64,000 nt of DNA from Candidatus Roizmanbacteria bacterium RIFCSPLOWO2_01_FULL_40_13 (GTDB lineage: Bacteria; Patescibacteriota; Microgenomatia; UBA1406; GWC2-37-13): the NCBI GenBank assembly GCA_001789745.1, contig MGAN01000002.1, forward strand, positions 7,916-71,915, written 5' to 3'. Both the position numbers and the translations under genes were made by a program. Positions within the stretch are counted from its first letter, which is position 1, and each line of letters starts with the position of its first letter. The notes under the pieces are model-generated. The model made no database searches. It worked only from the letters and a program-made list of their open reading frames with translations, and was not told where the DNA came from. Of the stretch, positions 7,723 to 17,914 are shown piece after piece.

Positions 7723-9861
7723 ATGGCAAGAAGAAGAACGATTATCCGGATTCCCTTTCTTAAATTTAAGATCAATAAACAAACGATCTTTTATATCTTC
7801 GGCTTTTTCATAATCGGAGCGGCTCTTGTTTTGCTGATAGCCTTTTTGAGCAATTTTTACAGCGCCTTTAATGCGCGCCTGCTGAGTAAGGTTAATCAGT
7901 TATTACTTCGTATGTTCGGCGGATTGTCGATTATTCTATCCTTTATTCTCTTGCTTCTGTCAGGACATTTTTTTAATACCAAAAAGCTAAAATTCGTTAA
8001 GTTAAATATCAGCGGAGGATTGATTTTAATTTTCATCTCCCTATTGGGTATTTTTCAATCGGGAGAGATCGGCAAACTAATTCTTCGTAGCCTTAGTTTG
8101 GATTTTACTTTTTTGGGAGCGATTATAATTCTGGGAGTTATTTTTTTTGTCGGGCTGATCTTACTTTTAGATACTTCAGTTGATGTTTTCGTATTATTTG
8201 TCATTAATCTGCTAAAATCATCAACCATTTTCATCAGAGATTATATATTCAGGTCAGTAACTGATAAATCAGTAAAAAAAGATATCAAAATAATTAGAGA
8301 AGGCAAGGGTGAATTTATCAAGGAAGACACCTTTCCGGTCAGGGAAGAGCCAATGGCAGTAAAAAAACCGGTGCTTACAAGTTCTGATAGCAGCAAGTTA
8401 AGTATAAGACCGGTCAACTCCGCTGCTAAGGCGGCTTGGGTTTACCCACCCCTATCGTTATTGATCGAAGTCGCACAAAAAGAAGCAGACCGCGGAGATG
8501 TAAAAGTTAACGCTGACAAAATCGAAAAAACTTTGGAGAGTTTTGGTATCAGAGCGCATGTTGAGGAGGTTAACTACGGACCAGCTGTAACTCAATATGC
8601 TTTGGCAATTACTATGGGTACGAAACTTACTAGAATTACTGCGCTTGGCAACGATTTGGCATTGGCGTTAGCCGCTCCTACAGGTCAGGTGCGGATTGAA
8701 GCTCCAATTCCCGGCAGATCTATGGTCGGGATTGAAATACCTAACAGAAAACCAGAAATCGTGACTCTAAAAAGACTTTTGTCGTCCCCGACATTTTCAA
8801 ACAACAGGGATCCCTTGTTGGTGCCATTGGGGCTTGATGTATCAGGTAAGCCTCAAGGTTATTCCATCAGCAACATGCCGCATATTTTAATTGCCGGCGC
8901 AACCGGATCAGGTAAGTCAGTACTGCTTAATGCCTGGATTAACACTTTTTTATTCCGGACAAAACCCGAAGATTTGCGCATGATTCTGGTTGATCCAAAA
9001 AGGGTTGAACTGACGTTATACAATCATATTCCTCATCTTTTAACCGAGGTGGTCGTCGACCCGCCCAAGATCATATCGGCTTTAAAGTGGACGGTCGGCG
9101 AGATGGAAACCAGATACAAAGAATTTTCCAGTGCTGGTGTTCGGAACATAGAAGGATATAATAGTTTGACCGATGTTGAGAAAAAACCTTATATACTTTT
9201 TATCATTGATGAGCTTGCGGCTTTGATGAATTTCGCTCCATCCGATTCCGAGGATCTTATCACCCGCATAGCACAGATGGCGCGCGCTACAGGTATTCAT
9301 TTAATTCTAGCCACGCAAAGACCCTCGGTTGACGTAATTACGGGATTGATGAAAGCCAATATTCCCTCAAGGATTGCCTTTAACGTCTCCTCAATGGTTG
9401 ACTCCAGGGTAATTATCGATATGCCGGGTGCGGAAAAATTATTAGGCAAAGGAGACATGTTATTTCTGCCTCCGGATCAAGCTAAACCCAGAAGGATCCA
9501 GGGGCCTCATATCACGGAAAAGGAAGTCAACCAGTTAGTCAAGTTTTTGCGAAATCAGGTTCCCGAAGTACAGTATACACAGGAAGTTGTGGAGCAAAAT
9601 GTTCAACCTTCATTCGGCAGGGGAGGTACGGTTATAGTCAATAGTGACGATAAGGACCCTTTGTTTATGGAAATCGTGAAATTAATTTCACCTTTAGAAC
9701 AGGCTTCCGCCTCTTTGTTACAGAGGAAATTCAGGGTCGGGTTTTCCCGGGCGGCAAGAATATTGGATCAACTGGAGGCTGCAGGATATGTCGGACCGTC
9801 GGAAGGTTCAAAGCCGAGACAGGTTTTGAAGAGAGGGATGCAGATTGAAGGCGAAAGTTGA
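7723..9861 (+). CDS. ftsK: DNA translocase FtsK/SpoIIIE
   Basis: N-terminal TM helices, Walker A GATGSGKS, ATQRPSVDVITG, C-terminal gamma winged helix LLQRKFRVGFSRAARILDQLE. TTGAAT-N17-TACAAT-N6-ATG promoter. Confidence 0.93.
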   Translation: MARRRTIIRIPFLKFKINKQTIFYIFGFFIIGAALVLLIAFLSNFYSAFNARLLSKVNQLLLRMFGGLSIILSFILLLLSGHFFNTKKLKFVKLNISGGLILIFISLLGIFQSGEIGKLILRSLSLDFTFLGAIIILGVIFFVGLILLLDTSVDVFVLFVINLLKSSTIFIRDYIFRSVTDKSVKKDIKIIREGKGEFIKEDTFPVREEPMAVKKPVLTSSDSSKLSIRPVNSAAKAAWVYPPLSLLIEVAQKEADRGDVKVNADKIEKTLESFGIRAHVEEVNYGPAVTQYALAITMGTKLTRITALGNDLALALAAPTGQVRIEAPIPGRSMVGIEIPNRKPEIVTLKRLLSSPTFSNNRDPLLVPLGLDVSGKPQGYSISNMPHILIAGATGSGKSVLLNAWINTFLFRTKPEDLRMILVDPKRVELTLYNHIPHLLTEVVVDPPKIISALKWTVGEMETRYKEFSSAGVRNIEGYNSLTDVEKKPYILFIIDELAALMNFAPSDSEDLITRIAQMARATGIHLILATQRPSVDVITGLMKANIPSRIAFNVSSMVDSRVIIDMPGAEKLLGKGDMLFLPPDQAKPRRIQGPHITEKEVNQLVKFLRNQVPEVQYTQEVVEQNVQPSFGRGGTVIVNSDDKDPLFMEIVKLISPLEQASASLLQRKFRVGFSRAARILDQLEAAGYVGPSEGSKPRQVLKRGMQIEGES

Positions 9862-9891
9862 AATTCGAAATTGGAAAGTTGAATTCCACTT

Positions 9892-9996
9892 TACTTCAAT
9901 AACTTAAGGTTTGCAACCGAGTTACTCAGTATATACCCGTCTAATCCGCTTTTTCGCGCTGGGCGAGCTGCAAATCGTAAGTAAGAAGGGTATATC
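9892..9996 (+). repeat. about 105-bp intergenic repeat, family A copy 1
   Basis: ataacttaaggtttgcaaccgagttactcagtatatacccgtctaatccgctttttcgcgct...gctgcaaatcg. Also at 16207-16315 (reverse complement) and 33975-34079. Confidence 0.8.
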
Positions 9997-10012
9997 TATT
10001 TTCCGGGTAAGA

Positions 10013-11050
10013 TTATTTCCCGAAAGCTACCATAAGACCGAAGATGGCAAAGAAGATGGTGATAATCCACAGTCTCATGACGATCTTTGGCTCCTCCCAA
10101 CCGATATATTGCAACCAGAGATGAAAAGGCGCAACCGAAAAGGCTTTTTTGTGTAAAAATTTTTTACTCAAGAGCTGGATTAAGGAGCTGGCTATTTCTA
10201 TAACGAATACTCCCCCTATGATCAGAAGCGCAAAGACTTTGCCTAAAATAAGCCCGATTACCGCCAGGGTTGCACCAAATGAGAGAGCTCCAGTGTCGCC
10301 CAGGAAAATTCTGGCAGGATAAATATTAAAGTACAAGAAAGCTATGAGGCCCCCCAGCCAAGCTGCAATAAAGAGAGTAGTCGGGGCGTCTAAGATAGAT
10401 CCGGCTACAGCCCAAAAACTTATCAGAGCAAAAAGTAATATTCCCGGGGCAAGACCGTCCAAGCCGTCTGTCACATTCACCGCATTGGTAAATGCCAAAA
10501 TAACAAAAGTTGCAAATAAGATATAGAACCAGCTTAAGTTAAATACACCAATGAAAGGAATATGGATGATGTCGATTTTCAACTCGGCAAAAAGCCAGTA
10601 AGAGATGGTCAGGGCCAAAAAAACTTCAATAATTAATTTATGCCTTAATCTCAAACCAAAAAATCTACTTTTTTCCCAGAGAAAAATTTTATTTAAGTCA
10701 TCATAAACACCCAGAAATCCAAAGGACAGAAAAGTAAATAACAGAATTTTTATTTCCGAGATCGCCGAAGGATAATTAGTGTTAAGCGGAACATCCAATA
10801 GTAAAAAAGAGACGAGAAAGAGAAAGAAAATAAAGACGGTTGTAAGAATAAGCAGGATTCCACCGCCCACAGGTGTTCCCTTTTTATGACGGTGGAATTT
10901 ATCGAAAATAGGAGTAGGCTTATTGAAAGCGTCTCGTGTAAGTTGCTCTACGCGCTGGAATTTTTTTTTATAAAGGAAGTTAATGAAGGGTATGATTAAA
11001 ACGAAGTTAAGCACTACCGAAATCAATACAACAAAAAGATAAGTAGACAT
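10013..11050 (-). CDS. mraY: phospho-N-acetylmuramoyl-pentapeptide transferase
   Basis: NAVNVTDGLDGLA, FLGDTGALSFG, about 10 TM segments. Confidence 0.92.
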   Translation of the reverse strand: MSTYLFVVLISVVLNFVLIIPFINFLYKKKFQRVEQLTRDAFNKPTPIFDKFHRHKKGTPVGGGILLILTTVFIFFLFLVSFLLLDVPLNTNYPSAISEIKILLFTFLSFGFLGVYDDLNKIFLWEKSRFFGLRLRHKLIIEVFLALTISYWLFAELKIDIIHIPFIGVFNLSWFYILFATFVILAFTNAVNVTDGLDGLAPGILLFALISFWAVAGSILDAPTTLFIAAWLGGLIAFLYFNIYPARIFLGDTGALSFGATLAVIGLILGKVFALLIIGGVFVIEIASSLIQLLSKKFLHKKAFSVAPFHLWLQYIGWEEPKIVMRLWIITIFFAIFGLMVAFGK

Positions 11051-11066
11051 AAAAATAAGTTAAAAC

Positions 11067-11438
11067 TCAAAAATTAAAATTCAAAAGTTTAATAACGCGT
11101 GGAATAAAAATAAGACAAGCGATTATAGCGGCACTGACGGCGAAAATGAGCATGGCTGCAGCAGAGGTGTCTTTGGCGATCTTAATTTCATCGCTCCAGT
11201 TTTTATGGATTGCATCTATTGCTTCTTCTATGGAGGTATTTAATAGTTCGATCGCCAACCCGATTCCAATTAAAATAAAGACGATCAAGAATTCCAGCTG
11301 ACTGATATTTAGTACAAGTCCCGCAACAATAGCAAGTGAAGACAAGAAGAGGTGAACTCTAAAATTAAGTTGAGTTTTAACAGCCCAGAATAAACCGTTG
11401 ACGGCATTTTTGAAAGAATAAAATTGTTTTTTTATCAT
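11067..11438 (-). CDS. dgkA: diacylglycerol/undecaprenol kinase family protein
   Basis: 123 aa, 3 TM, ELLNTSIEEAIDAI motif typical of prokaryotic DAGK. Confidence 0.75.
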   Translation of the reverse strand: MIKKQFYSFKNAVNGLFWAVKTQLNFRVHLFLSSLAIVAGLVLNISQLEFLIVFILIGIGLAIELLNTSIEEAIDAIHKNWSDEIKIAKDTSAAAMLIFAVSAAIIACLIFIPRVIKLLNFNF

Positions 11439-11474
11439 CTAAAAATTCGATATCAGCGCATTGACGGCTGATTA

Positions 11475-12449
11475 TCAGAGATTGATAATTTCCATTATCA
11501 CTTTCGCTAGCTTGGTAGAGTCATGACGCAAAATACTTCTGGTTAAAAGGTCAGACTTTGATTTGGCAAATTTTGTAATATCAATGAGATCCCCGATTAT
11601 AATTTTTCCAGAAAAGTAGTTTGATTGCAAATCATCGACAACATATTTTTCATTATTTTTTTTATACCAGTTTAAAGTTGAGGCAGGAATTGGTTGCTTA
11701 TTCAAGAGGACAATGTCGGGTGTTCTACCCAAATAAAAAGCGAGGATATCGAGATGGTCAGAGGCTGTATAATCATTTGTTTGACCTGATTTTGTCATCA
11801 AATTCATAATAAAGACTATTTTTGCCTGACATTTGACGATTTGTTCCTTGACTCCCTTGACTAGGAGGACGGGGATAATGCTGGTATAGAGGTCTCCCGG
11901 ACCGATGATTATCACATCCGAGTTTTTAAGACGATTTAAGGCCCGGATATTAGGTCGGGCTTGTTTGTCCAGAAAAACTTGGGTGATTGGACTTTTTTCC
12001 CGGATATTTTCTTCGATCTCATTCTCGCCTTTCACGATTTTACCGCTCTGATACCTTACTCCAAGATGAACTTTATCAAATGTTACCGGCAGAACTTCAC
12101 CTTTAATTTTTAGGACAAAAGCCGCAGTACGCAACACTTCATTGTAATCTTTGCTTACTTTCTCCAACGCCGACAAGAACAGATTGCCGAAATTATGACC
12201 TTTGAAATCCCCCGTTTCAAATCTATATAAAAATAATTGCCTCCAGAGCATTGGAGCCTCGGATAGAGCTACAAGGCACTGTCTTAGGTCACCGGGCGGA
12301 AGTACGCCCAGTTGATCACGCAGTCTTCCGGTTGAGCCACCGGAATCCATCATGGTGACTATGACGCCAAGATCAACAGGGTATTGTTTCAATCCGGACA
12401 GAACTACAAAAGTTCCAGTGCCTCCGCCGATAGCCGTGACTTTTTTCAT
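11475..12449 (-). CDS. YvcK/CofD-like (UPF0052, gluconeogenesis factor family) protein
   Basis: GGGTGTFVVLSGL ... MMDSGGSTGRLRD ... GPGDLYTSI. Confidence 0.8.
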   Translation of the reverse strand: MKKVTAIGGGTGTFVVLSGLKQYPVDLGVIVTMMDSGGSTGRLRDQLGVLPPGDLRQCLVALSEAPMLWRQLFLYRFETGDFKGHNFGNLFLSALEKVSKDYNEVLRTAAFVLKIKGEVLPVTFDKVHLGVRYQSGKIVKGENEIEENIREKSPITQVFLDKQARPNIRALNRLKNSDVIIIGPGDLYTSIIPVLLVKGVKEQIVKCQAKIVFIMNLMTKSGQTNDYTASDHLDILAFYLGRTPDIVLLNKQPIPASTLNWYKKNNEKYVVDDLQSNYFSGKIIIGDLIDITKFAKSKSDLLTRSILRHDSTKLAKVIMEIINL

Positions 12450-12623
12450 AATTGAATTAAGTACATTCTGTCAGTCTTTTCCCTCCCGCAATTGCTCAAG
12501 TTGTAATATTTATTCCTGAAAGTTCTTACTCAGAATATTAAACCCGCTTTTAGTTCTTACAGTATTTCGCGCATTATTCTTGCGCGCTTGCGGGATCCCT
12601 TCCAAGACCGCCACCTACTTAAT

Positions 12624-13832
12624 TTAAAATTTATTATCTATTGTTTTTCTTTTGAAAATGAATTTATTGTCTTCCATATCTTCGGCAATTGTATAACCCG
12701 GAGCAATTAAAGTGTTTCTACCGATTTTAATTCCCGGAAGCAGAGTCGCGTTGACTCCAATTTTAGAATTTGCCCCGATTACAGCGCCAAATTTAGGTAA
12801 ATTTGTATCAATTTTATTTTCACCAACCCGGGATTTGACTGATTTTTCATCAAATCTCAAGTTGGCGATTGCGGCTCCGGCCCCCAGCCGAACCCGATTA
12901 TCCAGAATTGAGTCACCGACATAATTGCGATGCAGATAGACATTATTTCCCAAGTAAGATCTGGTGACTTCACTATATCCACCGATGATACAGCTTTTAC
13001 CGATATGGCTTTCCCGAACCAAAGCAAAATCTCCGATTACAGAATTGTCATCGATAAAACAGGGGCCGACAATTTTAGCAGTCTTGGCTATACTGACATT
13101 TTTACCCAATTTTATCTCCGAATCGAGCGTCTTGAGGAAATGCCGCATTATGGGCAGCGCATGCCACGGGAATTTAAGCGGATACCAGTAATCGTCATAA
13201 GTTAAATATCGCGCTTTAACATTTTGATGTAAAAGATTATTGACAGCTTGTTCATAGCGATCGTCATTTTGTGAATTTGTTACCTCTAAAACAGCTATAA
13301 ATTTGGCTATATCGGAAAAATAATCAACAACGAGTTTGATCAAATTCGATGGTATTTTATCAGGGTCTGGTTTTTCAACAATTTCTACCAATCTTTCCTT
13401 GGCGAACCTGAAATAGCCGCCGGGAAAATAATTGTCTACTTTTCTGCCGGTAAATATGACTTCCGGTGAATCCTTATTTATTAGATTAAGATAATCACGT
13501 AACAGTTCTAAATCAATTAAATCTTCAGCGTTGAGGATAAGCGCATTGCCGTTGATTTTGTCCTTGGCAGAAAGCACTGCGCCGGCCATACCGGTCAGGG
13601 CCGGGTTTTGCTCCAAGATACGGGTTTTTTGCTTAAGGTTTATTCGGTTGATTAGGTCAAGATCATTACTATTGACGACGATGTAGAGATTTTCGCTGAA
13701 CTTAATAAGATTATTTATTTGCCGCTTCAGAAGAGGCTGACCAAGAAAGGAAAAATAACTTTTTTTAGTCAAAGGCCAGAAACGAGTACCGTCTCCTCCC
13801 GCGAGAATTAGAATGTTTTGGAGTTTGTTCAT
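12624..13832 (-). CDS. sugar-1-phosphate nucleotidyltransferase fused to left-handed beta-helix acyltransferase domain (GlmU-like)
   Basis: LILAGGDGTRFWPLT nucleotidyltransferase signature, with C-terminal hexapeptide repeats. Start set at Met22 to avoid overlap with murA. Sits between murA and yvcK. Confidence 0.7.
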   Translation of the reverse strand: MNKLQNILILAGGDGTRFWPLTKKSYFSFLGQPLLKRQINNLIKFSENLYIVVNSNDLDLINRINLKQKTRILEQNPALTGMAGAVLSAKDKINGNALILNAEDLIDLELLRDYLNLINKDSPEVIFTGRKVDNYFPGGYFRFAKERLVEIVEKPDPDKIPSNLIKLVVDYFSDIAKFIAVLEVTNSQNDDRYEQAVNNLLHQNVKARYLTYDDYWYPLKFPWHALPIMRHFLKTLDSEIKLGKNVSIAKTAKIVGPCFIDDNSVIGDFALVRESHIGKSCIIGGYSEVTRSYLGNNVYLHRNYVGDSILDNRVRLGAGAAIANLRFDEKSVKSRVGENKIDTNLPKFGAVIGANSKIGVNATLLPGIKIGRNTLIAPGYTIAEDMEDNKFIFKRKTIDNKF

Positions 13833-13869
13833 AAATAGATCCTGAATCAAGTTCAGGAAGGGTATTTCC

Positions 13870-15195
13870 TTACAATTTTTTAATTTCTCCGCCAAGCGAT
13901 CTTACTTTTTCTACAAAATTTTCATAACCCCGTTCGATAATTGAGGCACCATTAATAACAGATTCTCCATCGGCAATCAGCGCAGCCGTAGCAAGCGTAG
14001 CCCCCGCCCGCAGGTCAGCCACATTTAAGACTCCACCGTGCAAATCCTGAGGGCCCCTGATCCTGATGGCTTGATGATACTTTTTATCGGGACTGAAATT
14101 AAAAAAGAAGTATTCGGCTGGATTTTTGACCGGAATTTTGACAAAGTCGATGTCCGCACCGAGTTTTCTTAATTCGGTAACATAGGAAAATCTATTTTCA
14201 AAGACTCTTTCGTGGATAACGGACTCGCCCTTGGCTTGGGTCATAAGGATTGCCCAGCACGGTTGCCAATCGGTCATAAATCCGGGATGAGGGCTTGTCT
14301 GAACGCTTGAGGCTTTAAGCGGTCCGGCATATCCGAATCTGATCAGAGATTTTCCAATATTCTCAACCTCGGCGCCGATTTGCTTCATTTTTGCAGTAAA
14401 AGTTTTGAGGATTTCGGGTTGAATTGGCGAGAGCATAATCTCTCCTTTTGAAGCGGTTGCGATACTGGCGTAGGTGACAGCTTCGTTTCTATCAGAGTTG
14501 ATTTCGAAAGCATCTTTTTGCTTTAACTCCTTGACCGGCAAAATGGTAATTTTTTTTCCTAGTTGTTTAATTCTGGCACCGGCCAGATTCAAAAAGCGAA
14601 TCAAATCGTCTATTTCCGGCTCAAGCGCGGTATTGTCAAGAATCACTTTGTCATCTCCCAAAACCGAAAGCATTATCAAAAGCTCCGTGCCGGTATGAGT
14701 AACCTTAGGGTATTTGTAATATCCCTGAATTTTAGATTTAACCTGAGCATAATAAAATCCTGTATCGGAGTCGTATTCAATCCTGATTCCCAGACTTTTC
14801 ATTCCATCGATAATACGATCGATTGGTCTTGCTCCGATGCGGCAACCACCCGGATTGGGGACATAACAGGTTGAGAATTTGTGCAAAAGCGGTGCAAACA
14901 GCATGAATGAAACGCGGATTTTAGAAGCATGCAAGAGATCAACTTTATTGCTTTTAAGCCCTTTGCCGTCAATTTCGAGCGTATGTCGATCGTGAAAGTC
15001 AACTTCTGCCCCCAAGGTCGTCAACAAGTGAATGAGTTCTTCAACGTCTTTAATTCTTGGGACATTTTTAATCGTTACTTTATTTTTAAACATGAGCGCA
15101 GCGATGATTATTTTCAGCGCTGCATTTTTAGCGCCAGATAGTTTGATTGAACCTTTTAATTTGTTGCCGCCTTTGATGATGAATGCGTTCTCCAT
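13870..15195 (-). CDS. murA: UDP-N-acetylglucosamine 1-carboxyvinyltransferase
   Basis: KLSGAKNAALK, active-site Cys loop GGCRIGARPID; 441 aa. Confidence 0.93.
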   Translation of the reverse strand: MENAFIIKGGNKLKGSIKLSGAKNAALKIIIAALMFKNKVTIKNVPRIKDVEELIHLLTTLGAEVDFHDRHTLEIDGKGLKSNKVDLLHASKIRVSFMLFAPLLHKFSTCYVPNPGGCRIGARPIDRIIDGMKSLGIRIEYDSDTGFYYAQVKSKIQGYYKYPKVTHTGTELLIMLSVLGDDKVILDNTALEPEIDDLIRFLNLAGARIKQLGKKITILPVKELKQKDAFEINSDRNEAVTYASIATASKGEIMLSPIQPEILKTFTAKMKQIGAEVENIGKSLIRFGYAGPLKASSVQTSPHPGFMTDWQPCWAILMTQAKGESVIHERVFENRFSYVTELRKLGADIDFVKIPVKNPAEYFFFNFSPDKKYHQAIRIRGPQDLHGGVLNVADLRAGATLATAALIADGESVINGASIIERGYENFVEKVRSLGGEIKKL

Positions 15196-15262
15196 AAGAT
15201 TAAAAATTCGGAATTCCTAATTCCGAAACAAATTTAGACGACCTAAATTTAAATTGATGTTT

Positions 15263-16177
15263 TTATATTAAGATCACTTCTTCCTTCAATTCCACTCCGA
15301 ATTTATCTTTGACTTTGGTTTTCATTAGTTTTAGAAGTGTTTTTAAATCTTCCGGCTTACCATTACCGTCATGGATGATGAAGTTGGCATGTTTTTCCGA
15401 TACATGAAATTGGCCGACTTTTTTGGACTTAAGTCCTGCCTGATCGATTAGTTTACCGGCTGAGACTCCGTTGACGTTCCTGAAAAAGCAGCCGCTGCAA
15501 AACTGCCCCACGGGTTGAGTCTCACGGCGATATCGTTGGGAAAATTTTGCATGAGCCAAAGTATTTTTCGGATCGGTTTTTTTTAATTTAAAATCTGCAG
15601 AAAGTACAATTTCGTTAGTTTTCTGCAGAATGCTACGATCATACGCAAACTCAAAATAAGCCCGATCGACTATTTTTACATTGCCTTTTGCGTTAAGCAG
15701 TTTGGCGGATATAAGATTGTCGCCCACATAAGATAGCGGTTTGGTCCACTTGGAGTTCATATAAATGGCGCCGCCGACCGTTCCGGGTAAGCCAAGATGA
15801 TATTCCAATCCCTGGTATCCAAGTTCGGCAAGTTCTTTGGCAAGCTTGGTGATCGGATAACCTGAAGATACCGTAAGTTTGACATGATTTTTATCCAGAG
15901 ACCCGATTTTTTTGCCGATAAATTTATTTCTGACCACCAATCCGCGAAGATTTTTTTTTAGGATTGCGAGATTGGAACCTCCTCCAAGCAGAAAAAAAGC
16001 AAGGCGGAGGTTTAGAGATGCCTTTTTGGCAGCGACCAGGTCTTCTTCCGTTTCAGCTTCAAAAAAATATTGGGCATGAGCGTGAGTCCGTAGTGTCAGA
16101 TAGGGAGAGAGGTCGAAATTTTTTTTGATTCGACCGGTACCCAAATACTTCTCAAGTTTAGTTATCGATTTGATCAT
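15263..16177 (-). CDS. murB: UDP-N-acetylenolpyruvoylglucosamine reductase
   Basis: FAD-binding GGGSNL and MurB C-terminal domain. Located next to murA/murC. Confidence 0.88.
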   Translation of the reverse strand: MIKSITKLEKYLGTGRIKKNFDLSPYLTLRTHAHAQYFFEAETEEDLVAAKKASLNLRLAFFLLGGGSNLAILKKNLRGLVVRNKFIGKKIGSLDKNHVKLTVSSGYPITKLAKELAELGYQGLEYHLGLPGTVGGAIYMNSKWTKPLSYVGDNLISAKLLNAKGNVKIVDRAYFEFAYDRSILQKTNEIVLSADFKLKKTDPKNTLAHAKFSQRYRRETQPVGQFCSGCFFRNVNGVSAGKLIDQAGLKSKKVGQFHVSEKHANFIIHDGNGKPEDLKTLLKLMKTKVKDKFGVELKEEVILI

Positions 16178-16206
16178 ACGGGGTAAATTCCTTCAAGATC
16201 GATTAA

Positions 16207-16315
16207 GGTATTCCCATCTTACTTACGATTTGCAGCTTTCTCGGAGCGCGAAAAAGCGAAATTAGACGGGTATATACTGAGTAACTCGGTTGCAAACCTT
16301 AAGTTATCTAAAGTA
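16207..16315 (-). repeat. family A intergenic repeat copy 2 (inverted orientation)
   Basis: The reverse complement aligns with 9892-9996 and 33975-34079 apart from a handful of substitutions and indels. Confidence 0.8.
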
Positions 16316-16337
16316 TAAATGATCTTTCAGGATAAAA

Positions 16338-17888
16338 TTATATTTCCAATATAATTCTAATTATATCATCCGAGAGTTTATAAACGTCTCCTGCGCCCAT
16401 GGTGAAAATTATGTCTTGATATTTGATAATAGATTTCAGATATTGAGTAAGTTCTGATTTGGAATTAACAGACGTAAGTTTTAGAGGATTGATTGTGGCT
16501 ATTCCGCTTGAAGATACGGAAAATTTGCCTGGATTTTCTCGGGCAGAGGCAAATACCGGAAGAATAATGGTTTTATCCGCCAGGCTTAGGCTTTTGGCAA
16601 ACCCGGGTAGGAATCTTTGAGTACGCGAATAGGTATGCGGTTGAAAAATAACGATAACTCTTTGTCTGGGATATTTGGCTCTGGCTGCTTTGATGGTGGC
16701 TTCAATTTCGGCCGGGTGATGAGCGTAATCGTCAAAAAGATAAGTCCCTTTATCCTCAAAGACCAGTTCAAATCTTCTTTTGGCGCCTGTGAAATCTCCA
16801 ATTGCTTTCTTAATTTTCGACAATGAGAAACCGAGTTCGAGCAAAATTAGGATGACCCCAGCCGCATTTGAGACATTCTTTTCACCCGCTAATTTTAGAT
16901 CTATTTGAATTGACCGGCGTTCATGTTTAATCAATACCGATTCCGGACGCCCTCCGCCGAGGCGGGGGTTGCCAGAATGACGCTTGTAGTTCAGTTCAAC
17001 TTGAAAAGACGAACCATATGCATCCGGCTGGTAATTGACGATTCTTAAATCGGCCGTATTACTATAACCATAAGTCAAATAAGAATCTTTAGCTAGTCTG
17101 TCAGCAATAGACATGAGATTTTTGTCATCAGCGCAAAAGAACATGAATGCTCTGATTGATCGATTAATCGAAGCATTCATGGCAAAAAATTTAGAAAAAG
17201 CTTTTTTGGTTGAGCTTAAATCGCGATAAACGTCGGGGTGATCGAAGTCGATATTGGTGCAGAGAATCAAGTCCGGATTTAAATGGTGGAATTTAGGCGT
17301 CAGATCATGGGGCGGGTTGACTGCGTATTCGTCGGCTTCGACGACAAAATATTTGCTACCGTTAAAATCGCCTCCGGGAAGTCCGTTAAAGTCCGAACTG
17401 CCGACCAGATAGCTGGGTTTGGCTCCCAGTTTTATTAATGCGTAGGAGAGAAGGGATGAGGTCGTTGTCTTACCATGGCAACCGCAGACGGCGATGTTCA
17501 TTTTGAACAGTTTGCTTAATTCTCCCAGAAGTTGCGCCTGAGATATAACGCTTACGCCCTGCTTTTTTGCCGTGATGACTTGGGGATTTTGGTCTCCCTG
17601 ATTTGCTCCCGAATAAACGATTAAGTCGGTATGCGTCGGAATTTTTTTGGGATCAAATCCGATCTGATAAGCAATTTTGTATTTTTTTAAAATTTCATCG
17701 GTGATGAATTGTTCGGCAACATCCGATCCAGCCACCGTTTTGCCCATTTTCCGCAAAATAACAGCCAGGTTGGCCATCGCGACACCCTTGATTCCGACGA
17801 TGAAAATGTTCCGAGATCCTTCGACCAGCTTCGTTCGCTTGGGATGGCGAGGATTTGATTCATCGTAATTTTTGGCTTGATTTAACAT
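16338..17888 (-). CDS. murC: UDP-N-acetylmuramate--L-alanine ligase
   Basis: GIKGVAMANLA, P-loop GCHGKTTTSS, Mur ligase C-terminal domain. Carries an in-frame 44-nt family D element (see 16938-16981). Confidence 0.9.
   Translation of the reverse strand: MLNQAKNYDESNPRHPKRTKLVEGSRNIFIVGIKGVAMANLAVILRKMGKTVAGSDVAEQFITDEILKKYKIAYQIGFDPKKIPTHTDLIVYSGANQGDQNPQVITAKKQGVSVISQAQLLGELSKLFKMNIAVCGCHGKTTTSSLLSYALIKLGAKPSYLVGSSDFNGLPGGDFNGSKYFVVEADEYAVNPPHDLTPKFHHLNPDLILCTNIDFDHPDVYRDLSSTKKAFSKFFAMNASINRSIRAFMFFCADDKNLMSIADRLAKDSYLTYGYSNTADLRIVNYQPDAYGSSFQVELNYKRHSGNPRLGGGRPESVLIKHERRSIQIDLKLAGEKNVSNAAGVILILLELGFSLSKIKKAIGDFTGAKRRFELVFEDKGTYLFDDYAHHPAEIEATIKAARAKYPRQRVIVIFQPHTYSRTQRFLPGFAKSLSLADKTIILPVFASARENPGKFSVSSSGIATINPLKLTSVNSKSELTQYLKSIIKYQDIIFTMGAGDVYKLSDDIIRIILEI
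16938..16981. repeat. family D palindromic element inside murC, translated as RHSGNPRLGGGRPES
   Basis: cgattccggacgccctccgccgaggcgggggttgccagaatgac: same ends (gattccgg / cc.gaatgac) as the intergenic copies, with a central GC hairpin. Confidence 0.65.
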
Positions 17889-17914
17889 GACAGTTAATAT
17901 TATACTATGGAGTT

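Noticed and set aside
12450-12623. The 174-nt spacer between yvcK and the GlmU-like gene as a possible small RNA (long-range cccgcaa/ttgcggg pairing, a ggaaggg word reminiscent of SRP RNA).
   Set aside because: I could not fold it into an SRP, 6S or other known consensus by eye. The evidence is too weak without covariance or expression data.
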